From Candidatus Bathyarchaeia archaeon (GTDB lineage Archaea > Thermoproteota > Bathyarchaeia > Bathyarchaeales > Bathycorpusculaceae): DNA of 64,000 bases. Position 1 is the first letter of the stretch, and each line of letters starts with the position of its first letter. The notes below the pieces were generated by a model. The model saw nothing but the letters and a program-made list of their open reading frames with translations. It made no database searches and had not been told where the DNA came from. The translations under genes and the position numbers were made by a program. The DNA lies in NCBI GenBank assembly GCA_038882975.1, contig JAVZNE010000001.1, forward strand, positions 288,001 to 352,000, given 5' to 3'. Positions 19,836 through 29,956 of this stretch are shown here, piece by piece.

Positions 19836-20900
19836 CTAAACGCTTGCCTTGACAATTCTATAACCAGAAGCCTTCCTAAGCCTATTCATAACAGCTAAAC
19901 CTAAACCCTCGGTTGGCACACCCTCAGCTATAATTACATTAGCGCCTTCAACATCAAACTCCCTCAAAAGCCTAAAAAGATTCTTAGCAACCACGTCGAG
20001 GCGACTTCTACTTCCAAGAGACTTCACAACATCAGCCATGTAAAGGCTGGCGGTTTCATCCGTAGCTAAAACGCCAACCTTCATGTTCTGCCTTTTATAA
20101 CGATTCACCAGTTCCGCAACCTTTTTGACGGTGGCTGAAAGCTCACCTTCAACAACAATTAACTTTGCCTTTGGAGCATAGTGCCTATGCTTCATCCCAG
20201 GCGAACGCGCCTTCTCAACCATCAACTTCTTCTCCGCAACGGCAACTGGATGCAGCTCAACCTTTCCAATAACAGCCTCCAACGCCTCGCGGGGCGTCCC
20301 CCCTGGACGAAGTATCTGGGGTGGGTCAACAGTCATGTCCAAAACTGTGGATTCCACGCCAATCCTCGTTGGGCCAGCATCCAAAACAGCGTCTATCCTC
20401 CCGTCAAGGTCTTCAAGAACATGCTCAGCTGTCGTGGGACTAGGCTTCCCAGCAAGATTCGCGCTTGGAGCGGCAATGGGGCAGCCGCACTCCCTGATTA
20501 GGGCCAAGGCCACATTATGTTTTGGCATCCTAACTGCTATAGTGTCCAAGCCAGCCACAGTCACATTCGGCACAATACTGGAACGCCTAAAAACCAGTGT
20601 TAAGGGGCCGGGCCAAAAGGTTTTCATCAAAATTTCGGCTTTGGCTGGAACCTCCTTAACAAGTTTATAGACATCTTCGAATTTTCCAACATGGACTATC
20701 GGGGGGTTATCCAGCGGACGCCTCTTAGCCTTAAAAAGTGCTAAAACAGCCTTGGCATTTAATGCGTCGGCTCCTAGGCCATAAACCGTTTCTGTTGGAA
20801 AGGCTACTAATCCGCCATTTCTTATGATGCAGGCTGCTTCATGTATAATTTTGGCTTCTGGATTTTCAGGGTTAACCTTAAACACTATAGTCTTCTTCAT
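19836..20900 (-). CDS. sua5: threonylcarbamoyl-AMP synthase Sua5
   Basis: FPTETVYGLGA, KRRPLDNP, SANLAG, SPGMKHRHYAP. Confidence 0.95.
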   Translation of the reverse strand: MKKTIVFKVNPENPEAKIIHEAACIIRNGGLVAFPTETVYGLGADALNAKAVLALFKAKRRPLDNPPIVHVGKFEDVYKLVKEVPAKAEILMKTFWPGPLTLVFRRSSIVPNVTVAGLDTIAVRMPKHNVALALIRECGCPIAAPSANLAGKPSPTTAEHVLEDLDGRIDAVLDAGPTRIGVESTVLDMTVDPPQILRPGGTPREALEAVIGKVELHPVAVAEKKLMVEKARSPGMKHRHYAPKAKLIVVEGELSATVKKVAELVNRYKRQNMKVGVLATDETASLYMADVVKSLGSRSRLDVVAKNLFRLLREFDVEGANVIIAEGVPTEGLGLAVMNRLRKASGYRIVKASV

Positions 20901-20976
20901 AGGTTTCAGCCGTTTTATCGCTTTAAAATAGATTAAACTTACTTAAACACGTTTAGAAAGAGGGACGAAGCCTAAA

Positions 20977-21474
20977 TTACACTACATAGTAGTCTATGAC
21001 TTTCTTCATGCTTTTTGGTGCGGCTTGTCTCATGGCAAGTTGTTTAAGGATTTTTATCATTTGGGGTTGGAAGCGGGCTATATCCGTTAAGGTTACAAGC
21101 CCCACTAGGCGCTTTCCATCAACCACTGGCAACTTCTTAATCTTCATTTGAAACATCAATTTTACCGCTTCTTCCAGCTCCATGTTTGGCTCCACAACAA
21201 CAAGCGGGCTTGACATTACATCCTTAACCTTCGTTTTGTTTACGTCTTTGGCTTCGGCGACAACTCTTTTTAAAAGGTCTCTTTCAGTTAGTATGCCGAC
21301 GGCTTTTCCCTTCCGGACAGCTATTAGGCAGCCAATCTCAAACTTGTTCATAACCTCGGCGGCCTCTTTGACTGTTGATTCCTCGTCTATGGTTATTACT
21401 TCTCTAACCATTACATCCTCGACTTTAAGAGAGAGTGGGCTTTCCTCTTTCGTTGATTCTTCCTCGTTCTCCAC
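20977..21474 (-). CDS. CBS-domain pair protein
   Basis: Two CBS repeats (VEDVM...GILTERDL; VKDVMS...GLVTLTDI). Confidence 0.9.
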   Translation of the reverse strand: MENEEESTKEESPLSLKVEDVMVREVITIDEESTVKEAAEVMNKFEIGCLIAVRKGKAVGILTERDLLKRVVAEAKDVNKTKVKDVMSSPLVVVEPNMELEEAVKLMFQMKIKKLPVVDGKRLVGLVTLTDIARFQPQMIKILKQLAMRQAAPKSMKKVIDYYVV

Positions 21475-21539
21475 AATGTCACCAAATTTTCTATTCCGAA
21501 ACCTACATATATAATTTGACGCGTTGGCAAACAGACGCT

Positions 21540-22880
21540 TCAGTGTCCAAGCAGTTTCCGCGTCAGCTCCTCAACACGTTTACTCGCAGGTATCCTAGCC
21601 CTTTCAAACTTCTCTTTCGGCTTTGTTAAGGGTCTGGTGGCGTCCAAACCCATTTTTGAGGTTAAACCTGTTTCCTGATTTGCCGAAGAATCCAGTGTTG
21701 AGCCTCTGGCATTCTCTATTATGAGCAGGTCTTCCGATGCTTGGAAGCGGGTGGCAATAGCCCATTCCACATCCGCCATGTCAAAAATGTCGATGTCTGA
21801 ATCCACAACAACGGCGTGTTTAAGGCTTGGATGAGCCGCAAAAGCAGCCAACAGGGCGTTTTTCCCATCACCGTCAAGTTGTTTTTCAATGGATATTATA
21901 GCATGGAGCCACCCGCCACCGCCAACTGAAAGGTTCACAGCCTTAACCCTAGGGACAACCTTTGAAACAGCCTCATAAATTGAGGCTTCATGGGGAAGCC
22001 CCATCAAAAGCCTATGCTCCGACCCAGATGGCAAAAGCGCCTGATAAATGTAGTCGTCACGGTGCATCACATTAACAATTTCAACAACAGGCTGCTTACG
22101 CTCAATATCGTATGTTCCGGTAATATCCACCAGTGGTCCTTCAGGCACCTCCTTTGAGGCTGAAATCCTCCCTTCCAAGACAAGTTCCGCGTCCGCAGGG
22201 GCATAGGCATCTACATACTTACCCCTCACAAGCTCAAGTTTCCCATCCAACAGCGTATTCGCCACATCAAACTCATTTACCCCGAAAGGCACTGGTGAGG
22301 AAGCCGCTAACATGACTGCCGGATGAACACCGATGGAAATTGCCACGTCCAAGTCAACCTCCGCTTCCCTAGCCATCTGCCACAATTTATAGAGGTGCCT
22401 AGGAACTAGGCGTATTGCCAAATGCTTCTCGTCCAAAAGCTGTAAACGGTGGATGGACACGTTCTCGACGGTTCCATCGAGGCTTTTCGCGTGAATAACA
22501 GCAGAAGTTATGTAGGGACCAGCATCCCTCTCAAAATGGGTCAAGATTGGAATCCTTAGCAGGTCTGGTTCCTCAATAACCTCTTTGACAGCGCCATCCT
22601 CGACGATTTTTGGCTTCTGCGGATGGCGCCATGCCTCCAATAGTCTTTGATAAAGCCCCTCCGGTTCAACGCCTAATGCTCCGCAGATGCGCTTCCTTGT
22701 CCCACAGACGTTTGCCACAATCTTTGTTTTGGAGCCTTCAACGTTTTCAAACATTAGAATTGGGCCGTTGTCGAAGGCTTTCATGATGTAGGAGATTTCA
22801 AAGTTTGTGGAAACCTCTTCTTTTATATGCAGTATTTCGCTCTTCTCCTCCATCTGTGCCAGAAAAGCTCTTAAGCTCAT
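21540..22880 (-). CDS. UbiD-family prFMN-dependent decarboxylase (possibly anhydromevalonate-phosphate decarboxylase)
   Basis: DAGPYIT, SIHR, EGPLVDITG, VDSDIDIF, WAIATRFQ; substrate inferred only. Confidence 0.88.
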   Translation of the reverse strand: MSLRAFLAQMEEKSEILHIKEEVSTNFEISYIMKAFDNGPILMFENVEGSKTKIVANVCGTRKRICGALGVEPEGLYQRLLEAWRHPQKPKIVEDGAVKEVIEEPDLLRIPILTHFERDAGPYITSAVIHAKSLDGTVENVSIHRLQLLDEKHLAIRLVPRHLYKLWQMAREAEVDLDVAISIGVHPAVMLAASSPVPFGVNEFDVANTLLDGKLELVRGKYVDAYAPADAELVLEGRISASKEVPEGPLVDITGTYDIERKQPVVEIVNVMHRDDYIYQALLPSGSEHRLLMGLPHEASIYEAVSKVVPRVKAVNLSVGGGGWLHAIISIEKQLDGDGKNALLAAFAAHPSLKHAVVVDSDIDIFDMADVEWAIATRFQASEDLLIIENARGSTLDSSANQETGLTSKMGLDATRPLTKPKEKFERARIPASKRVEELTRKLLGH

Positions 22881-23266
22881 GTTAGGCTTCCCTCTCGGCT
22901 TTCTAAACCCTCCACCTTTGGCTCTGTTATGGTAACCCTTTCAATAAGCCTTTTGAAGATAGCTTGCGCCTGCATTTCGTCCATTTTCTCCAAGTATACT
23001 GAAACTATGGCTATTTTGCCCCTTTTTGAAGCCAAGTATTCGGCGAACATGCGGGCTGAAATAACGTTTCTATTGCCAAGAATAACTGAAGAAGAAGGCA
23101 GTCCAGGAGTGTCTGGAGGTTTAGGTATGGCTATGGCTAATGTTCCAAGCCTATCCTCATTCTCGCTTAAAAGTATCAAGCAAGAGTTTTTTGTCTCGAG
23201 GTAAACGGCGAGAAAGTGGATGTTCTGCTCAACCAACTCATCCTTAATAACCTTGGCTCGCTCCAT
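22877..23266 (-). CDS. proteasome assembly chaperone 4-like protein (tentative)
   Basis: RLGTLAIAIP...SSVILG...ARMFAEYLASK...IVSV resembles PAC4/PSMG4. Confidence 0.5.
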   Translation of the reverse strand: MERAKVIKDELVEQNIHFLAVYLETKNSCLILLSENEDRLGTLAIAIPKPPDTPGLPSSSVILGNRNVISARMFAEYLASKRGKIAIVSVYLEKMDEMQAQAIFKRLIERVTITEPKVEGLESREGSLT

Positions 23267-23336
23267 CTCAAACTCTCCAATGTATTTATAGCTTTACGTA
23301 TTCACTATTTATTACTTTCAAAAAGGACAGGCGACA

Positions 23337-23993
23337 ATGGACAAGAAAAGAGCGGAAAAGATTCTTCAAATCCTAAGGGAAAATTTCACCTTGCCAAGAT
23401 GGGTTTCTGCAGACCACAACCCATTCGAAACCTTGATCATAACGATAATTTCCCAGAACACTTCCGACAAAAACACGGAAAAAGCCTTCGCAAAACTTTC
23501 AGAAGCCTTCCCAATAACCCCAGAGGCATTGGCAAACGCAGAAATAAGCGAAATTGAGGAATGCCTAAGAGTTGCTGGACTATATAGGAATAAGGCTAGA
23601 ATAATAAACCAAGTCTCAAAGATCATCGTCGAGAAATTCGGCGGAAAACTTGAAACAATTTTGGCTTTACCCTTTGAAAAGGCAAGAGAAACGCTCATGG
23701 GGCTTCCGGGTGTCGGCCCAAAAACCGCCGATGTTCTTCTGCTTTTCTCGGCAAACAAGCCAACAATACCCGTGGACACACATGTTAACCGTGTTTCAAA
23801 GAGGCTTGGACTTGCACCCGCTGATGGGAATTATGAAAGTGTTCGCGAATCTCTTCAGCAATCTTATAAACCAGAAGACTATTTTGAAGTTCATATACTC
23901 CTAATTTTGTTGGGCAGAAAATACTGTAAAGCCAGAAAACCCCTTTGCAAGCTATGCCCAGTTAAGACGTTATGCCCTTCAAGAACCGAATAA
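23337..23993 (+). CDS. nth: endonuclease III
   Basis: HhH LPGVGPKTA, VDTHV, C-terminal four-Cys Fe-S motif. Confidence 0.95.
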   Translation: MDKKRAEKILQILRENFTLPRWVSADHNPFETLIITIISQNTSDKNTEKAFAKLSEAFPITPEALANAEISEIEECLRVAGLYRNKARIINQVSKIIVEKFGGKLETILALPFEKARETLMGLPGVGPKTADVLLLFSANKPTIPVDTHVNRVSKRLGLAPADGNYESVRESLQQSYKPEDYFEVHILLILLGRKYCKARKPLCKLCPVKTLCPSRTE

Positions 23994-25292
23994 CTATAGT
24001 GGTTTGGCGCTTTCCTCTATTAGCGGAGGTGCAACTTCTTTCAGATTTTCGTCCAGCCTCACCCTTCCGAAAATGACTGTTGATATGCCACTAGAGACTG
24101 TTGTGAAGATTTTCACAACCTTTCTTCTGTAGTCGATTTCCCTTAAAATGCCTATTCCGAGAAACCTTCCCGCATCGTTGTATAGGGCTAGGAGCAAGCC
24201 CTTCTCATCGCCCTTAAATGTAACCACAACCCTCTTGCCAAGAATTTCTTCAGTGCGTTTTATGTTTTCAGGGTTTATCCATCGGTTTCTTCCAATAACC
24301 ACGTATAGCTTGTCTTTCAACTCGACCATGTACAGAGGTTTCATTCCCAGCAAATCGTAAATCTCCCCTTCCCGTCTCCTGTCCATAAAGTTTTTGCCCG
24401 GGACCAAAATTTCTTCGCTTTCAATTTTAAGCCAGCTCATAGGTATGGATTGAACCTTTGAATTTTTCAGGTATTTTATGTAGCCCAGCTCTCGGAGGCT
24501 TCTGCGTTTATCTCTGCTTCTCTGTTTTATGGTTTGGGGGGAATCCATAACCACTGTTTTGAAGCCCTTAACAGCCTCCAAAAGCGGTCTCAGTTTTTCG
24601 TTCTGCTGTATGCAGTAGATTATGCTTGGACTGATTTTCTCTATAAGCTGAACCTTATAATTTACTGCATCTTCCCCCTCCACCCAACCATCAGTATTCA
24701 CAATGACAAAATCCGGGTTACTGCCTAAAATTTCACTTTTCAGCAATGTTAACCCGTGAATTACCTTTTCTATGGCTCTGCTAGGCGATGTTACACCTAC
24801 GAAGAAGGCGTTTTTTGCCTCTAGGTTGAAGAGGTCTGTAACATGCCGCGACACAAGGGCATAAGCCAACGTGCATGGAGGCCCAATATCCGACTGTCCC
24901 AAATCGCCGTCGAGAATGGCTACTTTATGCTTTTCATTCAACAGCCTATTTACTAGGTATGTACAGAAACTTGTTTTTCCAGAATCCACTGTTCCCAAGA
25001 CTAGGGCTGTTGCTGGTCTTATCTGGATGGTTGATAACTCCTCATAGGCTTTGTCCCATGAGGGGGGAATGGTGTTTCCCTCAACTTCTTCAACGTTTGC
25101 GCTCTCGCCAAGTGATATATTGAAGGTTGCTGGTTCTTTCACATAGAAGGGCATTCTTTTTCCGTCTCTTATTACGACTTTTTCCATGTTTCGTAACGTG
25201 TAGCCGAAAACCTCAGCCTTTCCAGAAACCAGCGTGACAGACGCTGGTCCATCGACAAGCAAGGTTTTTCCAACCGCAACGTTTATGTCCAT
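23994..25292 (-). CDS. Clp1/Nol9-family polynucleotide 5'-kinase
   Basis: GTVDSGKTS, DGDLGQSDIGPP, VNTDGW, RSRDKRRSLRE. Confidence 0.9.
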   Translation of the reverse strand: MDINVAVGKTLLVDGPASVTLVSGKAEVFGYTLRNMEKVVIRDGKRMPFYVKEPATFNISLGESANVEEVEGNTIPPSWDKAYEELSTIQIRPATALVLGTVDSGKTSFCTYLVNRLLNEKHKVAILDGDLGQSDIGPPCTLAYALVSRHVTDLFNLEAKNAFFVGVTSPSRAIEKVIHGLTLLKSEILGSNPDFVIVNTDGWVEGEDAVNYKVQLIEKISPSIIYCIQQNEKLRPLLEAVKGFKTVVMDSPQTIKQRSRDKRRSLRELGYIKYLKNSKVQSIPMSWLKIESEEILVPGKNFMDRRREGEIYDLLGMKPLYMVELKDKLYVVIGRNRWINPENIKRTEEILGKRVVVTFKGDEKGLLLALYNDAGRFLGIGILREIDYRRKVVKIFTTVSSGISTVIFGRVRLDENLKEVAPPLIEESAKPL

Positions 25293-25930
25293 TACTTCTC
25301 TCTCCTAGCGTAAACCTGCCCGTTTCTTCTGGCAATTTTTATGGCTGAAACTATATCCCTTAAACCTCTCCTATGCTTTGAGTCGCTTATATAACGGTCT
25401 GTTCCGGCTTCGCCGACGCTTTCCAAAACTATGTTGGGAGGAAGTTTCCTATCAAGGGCTTTTAGAAGCCTCTCCTTATATTCAGGTATGCCATCGCCAA
25501 CTTTAACAGCAATCATGGACGCCCTAATATCCTTGAGACTGTTTATTATGTTCTCTATCTCGTTCAACGTTTCATTTATGCCAAAACAGTTTCCGGTCCT
25601 AATAACTTTTCCATCAGCCAGAACAGCCAAGCCTAAAACTTCGCCTGGGTCAACGCCTATAACTATCTGCTCATAAGAGTCTTTCCCCTCAATGTGTTGC
25701 AGAGTCTGGTTCACCAAAGCTTGCATGTCCATCCCATCTTTATAAACAAGAATGTTTTCGTGGTTTATGTGGGGGCGTTCTTTTTCGGTTGTTATTACAA
25801 CTTTTATCTCCAAGGGTATGGGCTCGTAGGGTGTCAAGCTTATGAAAGGAACATTGGCTTTTTTCAACTCGTTAACTATTAGGTAGTAGGCCTTCCCTGA
25901 AACTGTTGCAACCGCCACTTTAGCCTTCAT
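25292..25930 (-). CDS. hypothetical protein with RNase H-like (YqgF/RuvC-type) domain
   Basis: IVIGVDPGEVLGLAV, VKVGDG, VGEAGT, DIVSAIKIA; TAATG overlap with the kinase gene. Confidence 0.6.
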   Translation of the reverse strand: MKAKVAVATVSGKAYYLIVNELKKANVPFISLTPYEPIPLEIKVVITTEKERPHINHENILVYKDGMDMQALVNQTLQHIEGKDSYEQIVIGVDPGEVLGLAVLADGKVIRTGNCFGINETLNEIENIINSLKDIRASMIAVKVGDGIPEYKERLLKALDRKLPPNIVLESVGEAGTDRYISDSKHRRGLRDIVSAIKIARRNGQVYARREK

Positions 25931-25990
25931 ACAACCTTCCTAGGTTTAGCCCTTTTTAACAACAAATTATTATTTCGAACCTTATATCTA

Positions 25991-26713
25991 TTGATGTGCA
26001 TGCCATTGCTACAGAAGATAACGACAAGCTGCAAAGTGCTTGACGAAGCCCTCGAAGGCGGCTTTCCCATAGGTGAGATCAGCCTAATATATGGAGAAGC
26101 GGAAACAGCAAAAACAACTTTGGCAATTCAATGTGCAGTGAGCTGCGCTAAACAAGGGTACAAAACATTTTTTGTCGACTGTGATGGCACATTCTCCGCC
26201 AGAAGACTTTCACAAATAGCATCCGGAGACGCTGAAAAAGTGGCGGAGCTCATAATTCTCGCAAGACCTAAAAGCTTTAAGGAACAAGCACTTGTCATAG
26301 ACCAGCTAGCCAACTATATAACCAAAGGCTTCGGTCTTGTTGTCATAGACACCGCAACCTTCTTGTACCGAATGGAAGTGGCGGAAAATCCGGAAAAAAC
26401 ATTTGAGCTTAACCGTGAATTAAATAGGCAGATGGCTTTATTGGCACAAACTGCAAAAACGCAGAAAGTAGCGGTTCTAGTCCTAAGCCAAGTTAGAAGC
26501 GTTTTTGATGAAGCCTATGTGGATGTTGAACCCGTCGCCACAAGAGTGCTAAAGTTTTGGGCAAACACAATAATTGCAATGAAGCCAACAGAAAATCCAA
26601 AGGTTGTTAGGATAACCATAGAGAAAAAGGGAAAAATGACTGAACTATTCTCATGTTGCTTAAAAATAAGTGAAAAGGGGCTGTGTGAGCTTCCCCAACA
26701 GCATGAAGGTTAA
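25991..26713 (+). CDS. radB: RadB-like RecA-family protein
   Basis: LDEALEGG, divergent Walker A GEAETAKTT, LVVID, LSQV; no N-terminal RadA domain. Confidence 0.82.
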   Translation: MMCMPLLQKITTSCKVLDEALEGGFPIGEISLIYGEAETAKTTLAIQCAVSCAKQGYKTFFVDCDGTFSARRLSQIASGDAEKVAELIILARPKSFKEQALVIDQLANYITKGFGLVVIDTATFLYRMEVAENPEKTFELNRELNRQMALLAQTAKTQKVAVLVLSQVRSVFDEAYVDVEPVATRVLKFWANTIIAMKPTENPKVVRITIEKKGKMTELFSCCLKISEKGLCELPQQHEG

Positions 26714-26716
26714 AAG

Positions 26717-27223
26717 ATGAGCGCAATAGCAGAGCTGTTTGCCGAAGCCATAAAATTCATATTTCCAGCCTACTGCGCCAACGCCATTCCAGTGCTAGCT
26801 GGCGGAGGCTTGCCCATCGACCTTGGAAGAAAATTTTTCGATGGAAAACCGATCTTCGGGAAAAACAAAACTTTCAGAGGCTTCATCTCTGGACTAATTA
26901 TTGGAACGGCTGTTGGCTTCGCAGAAGCAGCAGTTTTCCAAGAATACAACAGCATAGGTTATTTTGGTTTCCTACTTTCACTGGGCGCCTTACTCGGCGA
27001 TTTAGCAGGAGCCTTCATAAAAAGGAGATTAGGGATACCGCCGGGCGGACTTCTGCCAATAGTGGACCAAGTGGACTTTGTAGTGGGGGCTTTAATATTC
27101 GCTTTTCCGTTAAGGGTGTTATCCCTTGAGCTTATGTTGGCTGTACTTATTATAACGCCGCCACTGCACATGGCAACAAACTTTGCAGCCTACAAGCTTG
27201 GATTGAAAAGTAGCCCATGGTGA
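26717..27223 (+). CDS. carS: CDP-archaeol synthase
   Basis: PAYCANAIP, PIDLG...GKNKTFRG, GDLAGAFIKRRLG, DQVDF. Confidence 0.93.
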   Translation: MSAIAELFAEAIKFIFPAYCANAIPVLAGGGLPIDLGRKFFDGKPIFGKNKTFRGFISGLIIGTAVGFAEAAVFQEYNSIGYFGFLLSLGALLGDLAGAFIKRRLGIPPGGLLPIVDQVDFVVGALIFAFPLRVLSLELMLAVLIITPPLHMATNFAAYKLGLKSSPW

Positions 27224-27230
27224 AAGGTGG

Positions 27231-27665
27231 CTATACGCCCTTCCAGTAGTGCAGCACAGCCTCTAACGAAATGTACGCCATAAATAATAGGATGGCGCCT
27301 ATCATAAACGTCAAATAGGCTTGTCTCGGCTTGTAGGCATACTTTGTGCTTTGGTAAATGAACAAGGCTCCGGCAACACCCATGGCGAACAGAATCATTG
27401 CTATGAGGCTGTCTGAAATCCACTGCTCAGACAACTGCGGATAAACGAAGAGGAAACGTCCGCCATAATAGACAGCTGGTAAGGGTTTCACAATAATTAG
27501 GTGCAATCCACCCCCGTATAGAAAAATGGCTACAGCCATGGCGATTACTGCAAGGGCGAAGGGTGAAGGCTTAGCTGAGGATATCTTTGTATAAAGCTTC
27601 TGCAAGGAATAAGAAAGCGAAACTGCTGTTTTTCTGGCTTTACGTGCCACCTTTTTCCTCTCCAA
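27231..27665 (-). CDS. OSTC/DC2 (Ost3/Ost6-like) oligosaccharyltransferase accessory subunit homolog
   Basis: Three TM helices; GGLHLIIVKP...EQWISDSLIAMILFAMGVAG resembles DC2. Confidence 0.6.
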   Translation of the reverse strand: MERKKVARKARKTAVSLSYSLQKLYTKISSAKPSPFALAVIAMAVAIFLYGGGLHLIIVKPLPAVYYGGRFLFVYPQLSEQWISDSLIAMILFAMGVAGALFIYQSTKYAYKPRQAYLTFMIGAILLFMAYISLEAVLHYWKGV

Positions 27666-27867
27666 TTTTTATTAGGTGTTCTGCCACCTCTTTAGCCCAT
27701 TCGCCAGTAAATGGATTCTTAACAATCTCACTTAAATACTCTTTCCAGGAAATCTCTAAGGCTTTCTTCCAAACATCATACTTCTTCACAATACTCTGGT
27801 AAGCTCTGGCGTGGAGTTCGCAATATCCATTTTCAACGGCTTCTCTACTGCATATTACGCATTTCAA
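27640..27867 (-). CDS. small putative zinc-binding protein
   Basis: CxxC...CxxH at the N-terminus; overlaps both neighbours. Confidence 0.7.
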   Translation of the reverse strand: MKCVICSREAVENGYCELHARAYQSIVKKYDVWKKALEISWKEYLSEIVKNPFTGEWAKEVAEHLIKIGEEKGGT

Positions 27868-29956
27868 CCGCTCTCCTCTCCTCTTTCAATGGGCATTTTG
27901 GATTAAAACATAAGTTCCATGGGCGCCTACCCTTAATACGAACTTGAACTGTTGGCCAACCGCATCCGCGGCAGTTTCTTCCAAGGGGGCGAACAGTTCC
28001 CCTCTGTGGAAGTGGAAAGGCGGCGTTACACTGCCTCTTAAAGAAATTTATGCATCCAATGAAGCGCTTTCCAGTTTTCCTCGAATAAAGTATCATAAGC
28101 ATGCCGGACCCACAAAGTGGGCATGGCCCCACAATTCTCTCTTCAAGCCTCGCCCTCTTTATCGCGTTGCTCAACTGTTCGCCTATGGTTTTCTCCTTAG
28201 CCTTAAGCCCTTCAACGACAGGCTTTAGAATCTCAATGGCGTCCAATAGGACGTTTTCGCGTTTCTCCTCGCTGGCTTGAATCTTGTCCATCCTCTCTTC
28301 AAGCTTTCTCGTCAGCTCGATTGAAACAATCGGTGGACAGTGCCTTTTGAGGACTTCGAGAACCTCAAAGCCTAAATCCGTCACAACCATCCTTTCGTCT
28401 CGGACGTATTTTCGGTCATATAGGGTTTGTATTATGTCCGCGCGGGTTGCCTTCGTCCCAATGCCTGCCTCCTCCATCCTTTTGAGCAAACTGCCGGGAT
28501 TGTACCGTGGAGGCGGCTTCGTGAACTTGTCTTCTAATATAATCCTTCTAACCTTAAGTTTTTGTCCCTCTTCCAGTGGCGGCAAAAGGACCTCCTCGGA
28601 CCTTACATATGGCTCGTAGAAGCGCAGCCAGCCTTCTTTCAATGTCTGTCTACCACGCAAGAAGAACCTTTGCCCGTCAATGCTTATGCAAACTTTGAGG
28701 CTTTGCCTTATGGCCGGCTCTCCAAAAACAGCCATAAACCGTCTAACAACAAGGTCCCATATTCGCCTTTCAGGTTCTTCAAGCACTCTTTCGGGAAGGT
28801 TTCCAGTGGGGTATATGGCTGGGTGTGCTGGATCCTCTTTTTTCCCCTCGTTGGGTTTAAGCTCCTTTTTGGCTAGGAGTTCTGCCGCAAGCTTTCTGTA
28901 TTCGGGAACTCCGCTTAGGCTTTTGAGTATTGCCTCATAATTTATTGCTGGTGGGAGTTTTTGGCTGCTTGTTCTGGGATATGATATTAAGGCGTCCAAA
29001 TACAAGCGTTGGGCGATGTCTAAAGTTCTTCGAGGCGTGTAGCCAAATAGGCTGTAGGCTTCGCTTTGCAATGCACCAATGTCAAAGGGCGTTGGCGGCA
29101 TCTGCTGAAACTGTTTAACCTCAATTTTTTCAACTACGCCGTCTTTCCCTTTACAAGCGTCTACTACCGCGTTAGCCTCTTTTTTAGTTTCAATTATTTC
29201 CTTCTCATGTTCAGCCTCGAAAATCTGCCCGTCTATTTCAATTTCAGCCCTAATCTGCCAGTAAGGCGTAGGCACAAAACTTCTTATCGCTTTTTCTCTG
29301 GCAACAAGAAACCTTAAGGTTGGCCCCTGCACCCTTCCAGTGCTTAGCGTGGCGTATTTTCCGCTCCAATCTTTTGCGGCTATCGTTAAAGCTCTGGAAA
29401 GGTTGACGCCGTAAAGCCAGTCAATTTCATGTCTTGTTCTTCCAGCCTCTATGAGGGCGAAGTCAAGCTTGGGCAACAGCTCCGCATAGGATTTTTCCAG
29501 CTCCTCCTTGGTCAGCGTAGAGTACTTCATTCTTTTTGCAATGCCTTCCTTGTTGCCGCATGCGTACTTCAGTATGCAGTAGCCGATTATGCTCCCCTCA
29601 ATGTCGTAGTCGCATGCATCAATGTATGTGTCAGCATCCTTGGCAAGCTTAGAGATTGTTTCAAGCCAAACACGGATTTGTTTTGCACCCCTCTCCGCCA
29701 TGTAACGAGGAACCCATCGAAAACTGAAAACCGGATAATAATTTCTCCCGCTTCTCTCCTCTGCAACGGTATACAAGTGCCCAATAGCCGGAACAACAAT
29801 TATCTGCTTATCCCTCTCGGCTATGTAGTAGGGAACCCCATTCTCCTCCATTTTCTTGGGTTTACCCTTCAAGTCAAGAGCTGAAGCTATCCTCTGAGCG
29901 GCGTCCGGCTTCTCCGTAATAATGAATGCGTATTTTCCCATGCCAGCACATACCAT
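27845..29956 (-). CDS. topA: DNA topoisomerase IA
   Basis: ITEKP, DYDIEG, STGRVQGPTL, LISYPRT catalytic Tyr, C-terminal zinc ribbons. Confidence 0.96.
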   Translation of the reverse strand: MVCAGMGKYAFIITEKPDAAQRIASALDLKGKPKKMEENGVPYYIAERDKQIIVVPAIGHLYTVAEERSGRNYYPVFSFRWVPRYMAERGAKQIRVWLETISKLAKDADTYIDACDYDIEGSIIGYCILKYACGNKEGIAKRMKYSTLTKEELEKSYAELLPKLDFALIEAGRTRHEIDWLYGVNLSRALTIAAKDWSGKYATLSTGRVQGPTLRFLVAREKAIRSFVPTPYWQIRAEIEIDGQIFEAEHEKEIIETKKEANAVVDACKGKDGVVEKIEVKQFQQMPPTPFDIGALQSEAYSLFGYTPRRTLDIAQRLYLDALISYPRTSSQKLPPAINYEAILKSLSGVPEYRKLAAELLAKKELKPNEGKKEDPAHPAIYPTGNLPERVLEEPERRIWDLVVRRFMAVFGEPAIRQSLKVCISIDGQRFFLRGRQTLKEGWLRFYEPYVRSEEVLLPPLEEGQKLKVRRIILEDKFTKPPPRYNPGSLLKRMEEAGIGTKATRADIIQTLYDRKYVRDERMVVTDLGFEVLEVLKRHCPPIVSIELTRKLEERMDKIQASEEKRENVLLDAIEILKPVVEGLKAKEKTIGEQLSNAIKRARLEERIVGPCPLCGSGMLMILYSRKTGKRFIGCINFFKRQCNAAFPLPQRGTVRPLGRNCRGCGWPTVQVRIKGRRPWNLCFNPKCPLKEERRAVEMRNMQ

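Noticed and set aside
25991-26713. Degenerate Walker A in the RecA-family protein
   Set aside because: RadB paralogs are known to be divergent, weak ATPases.
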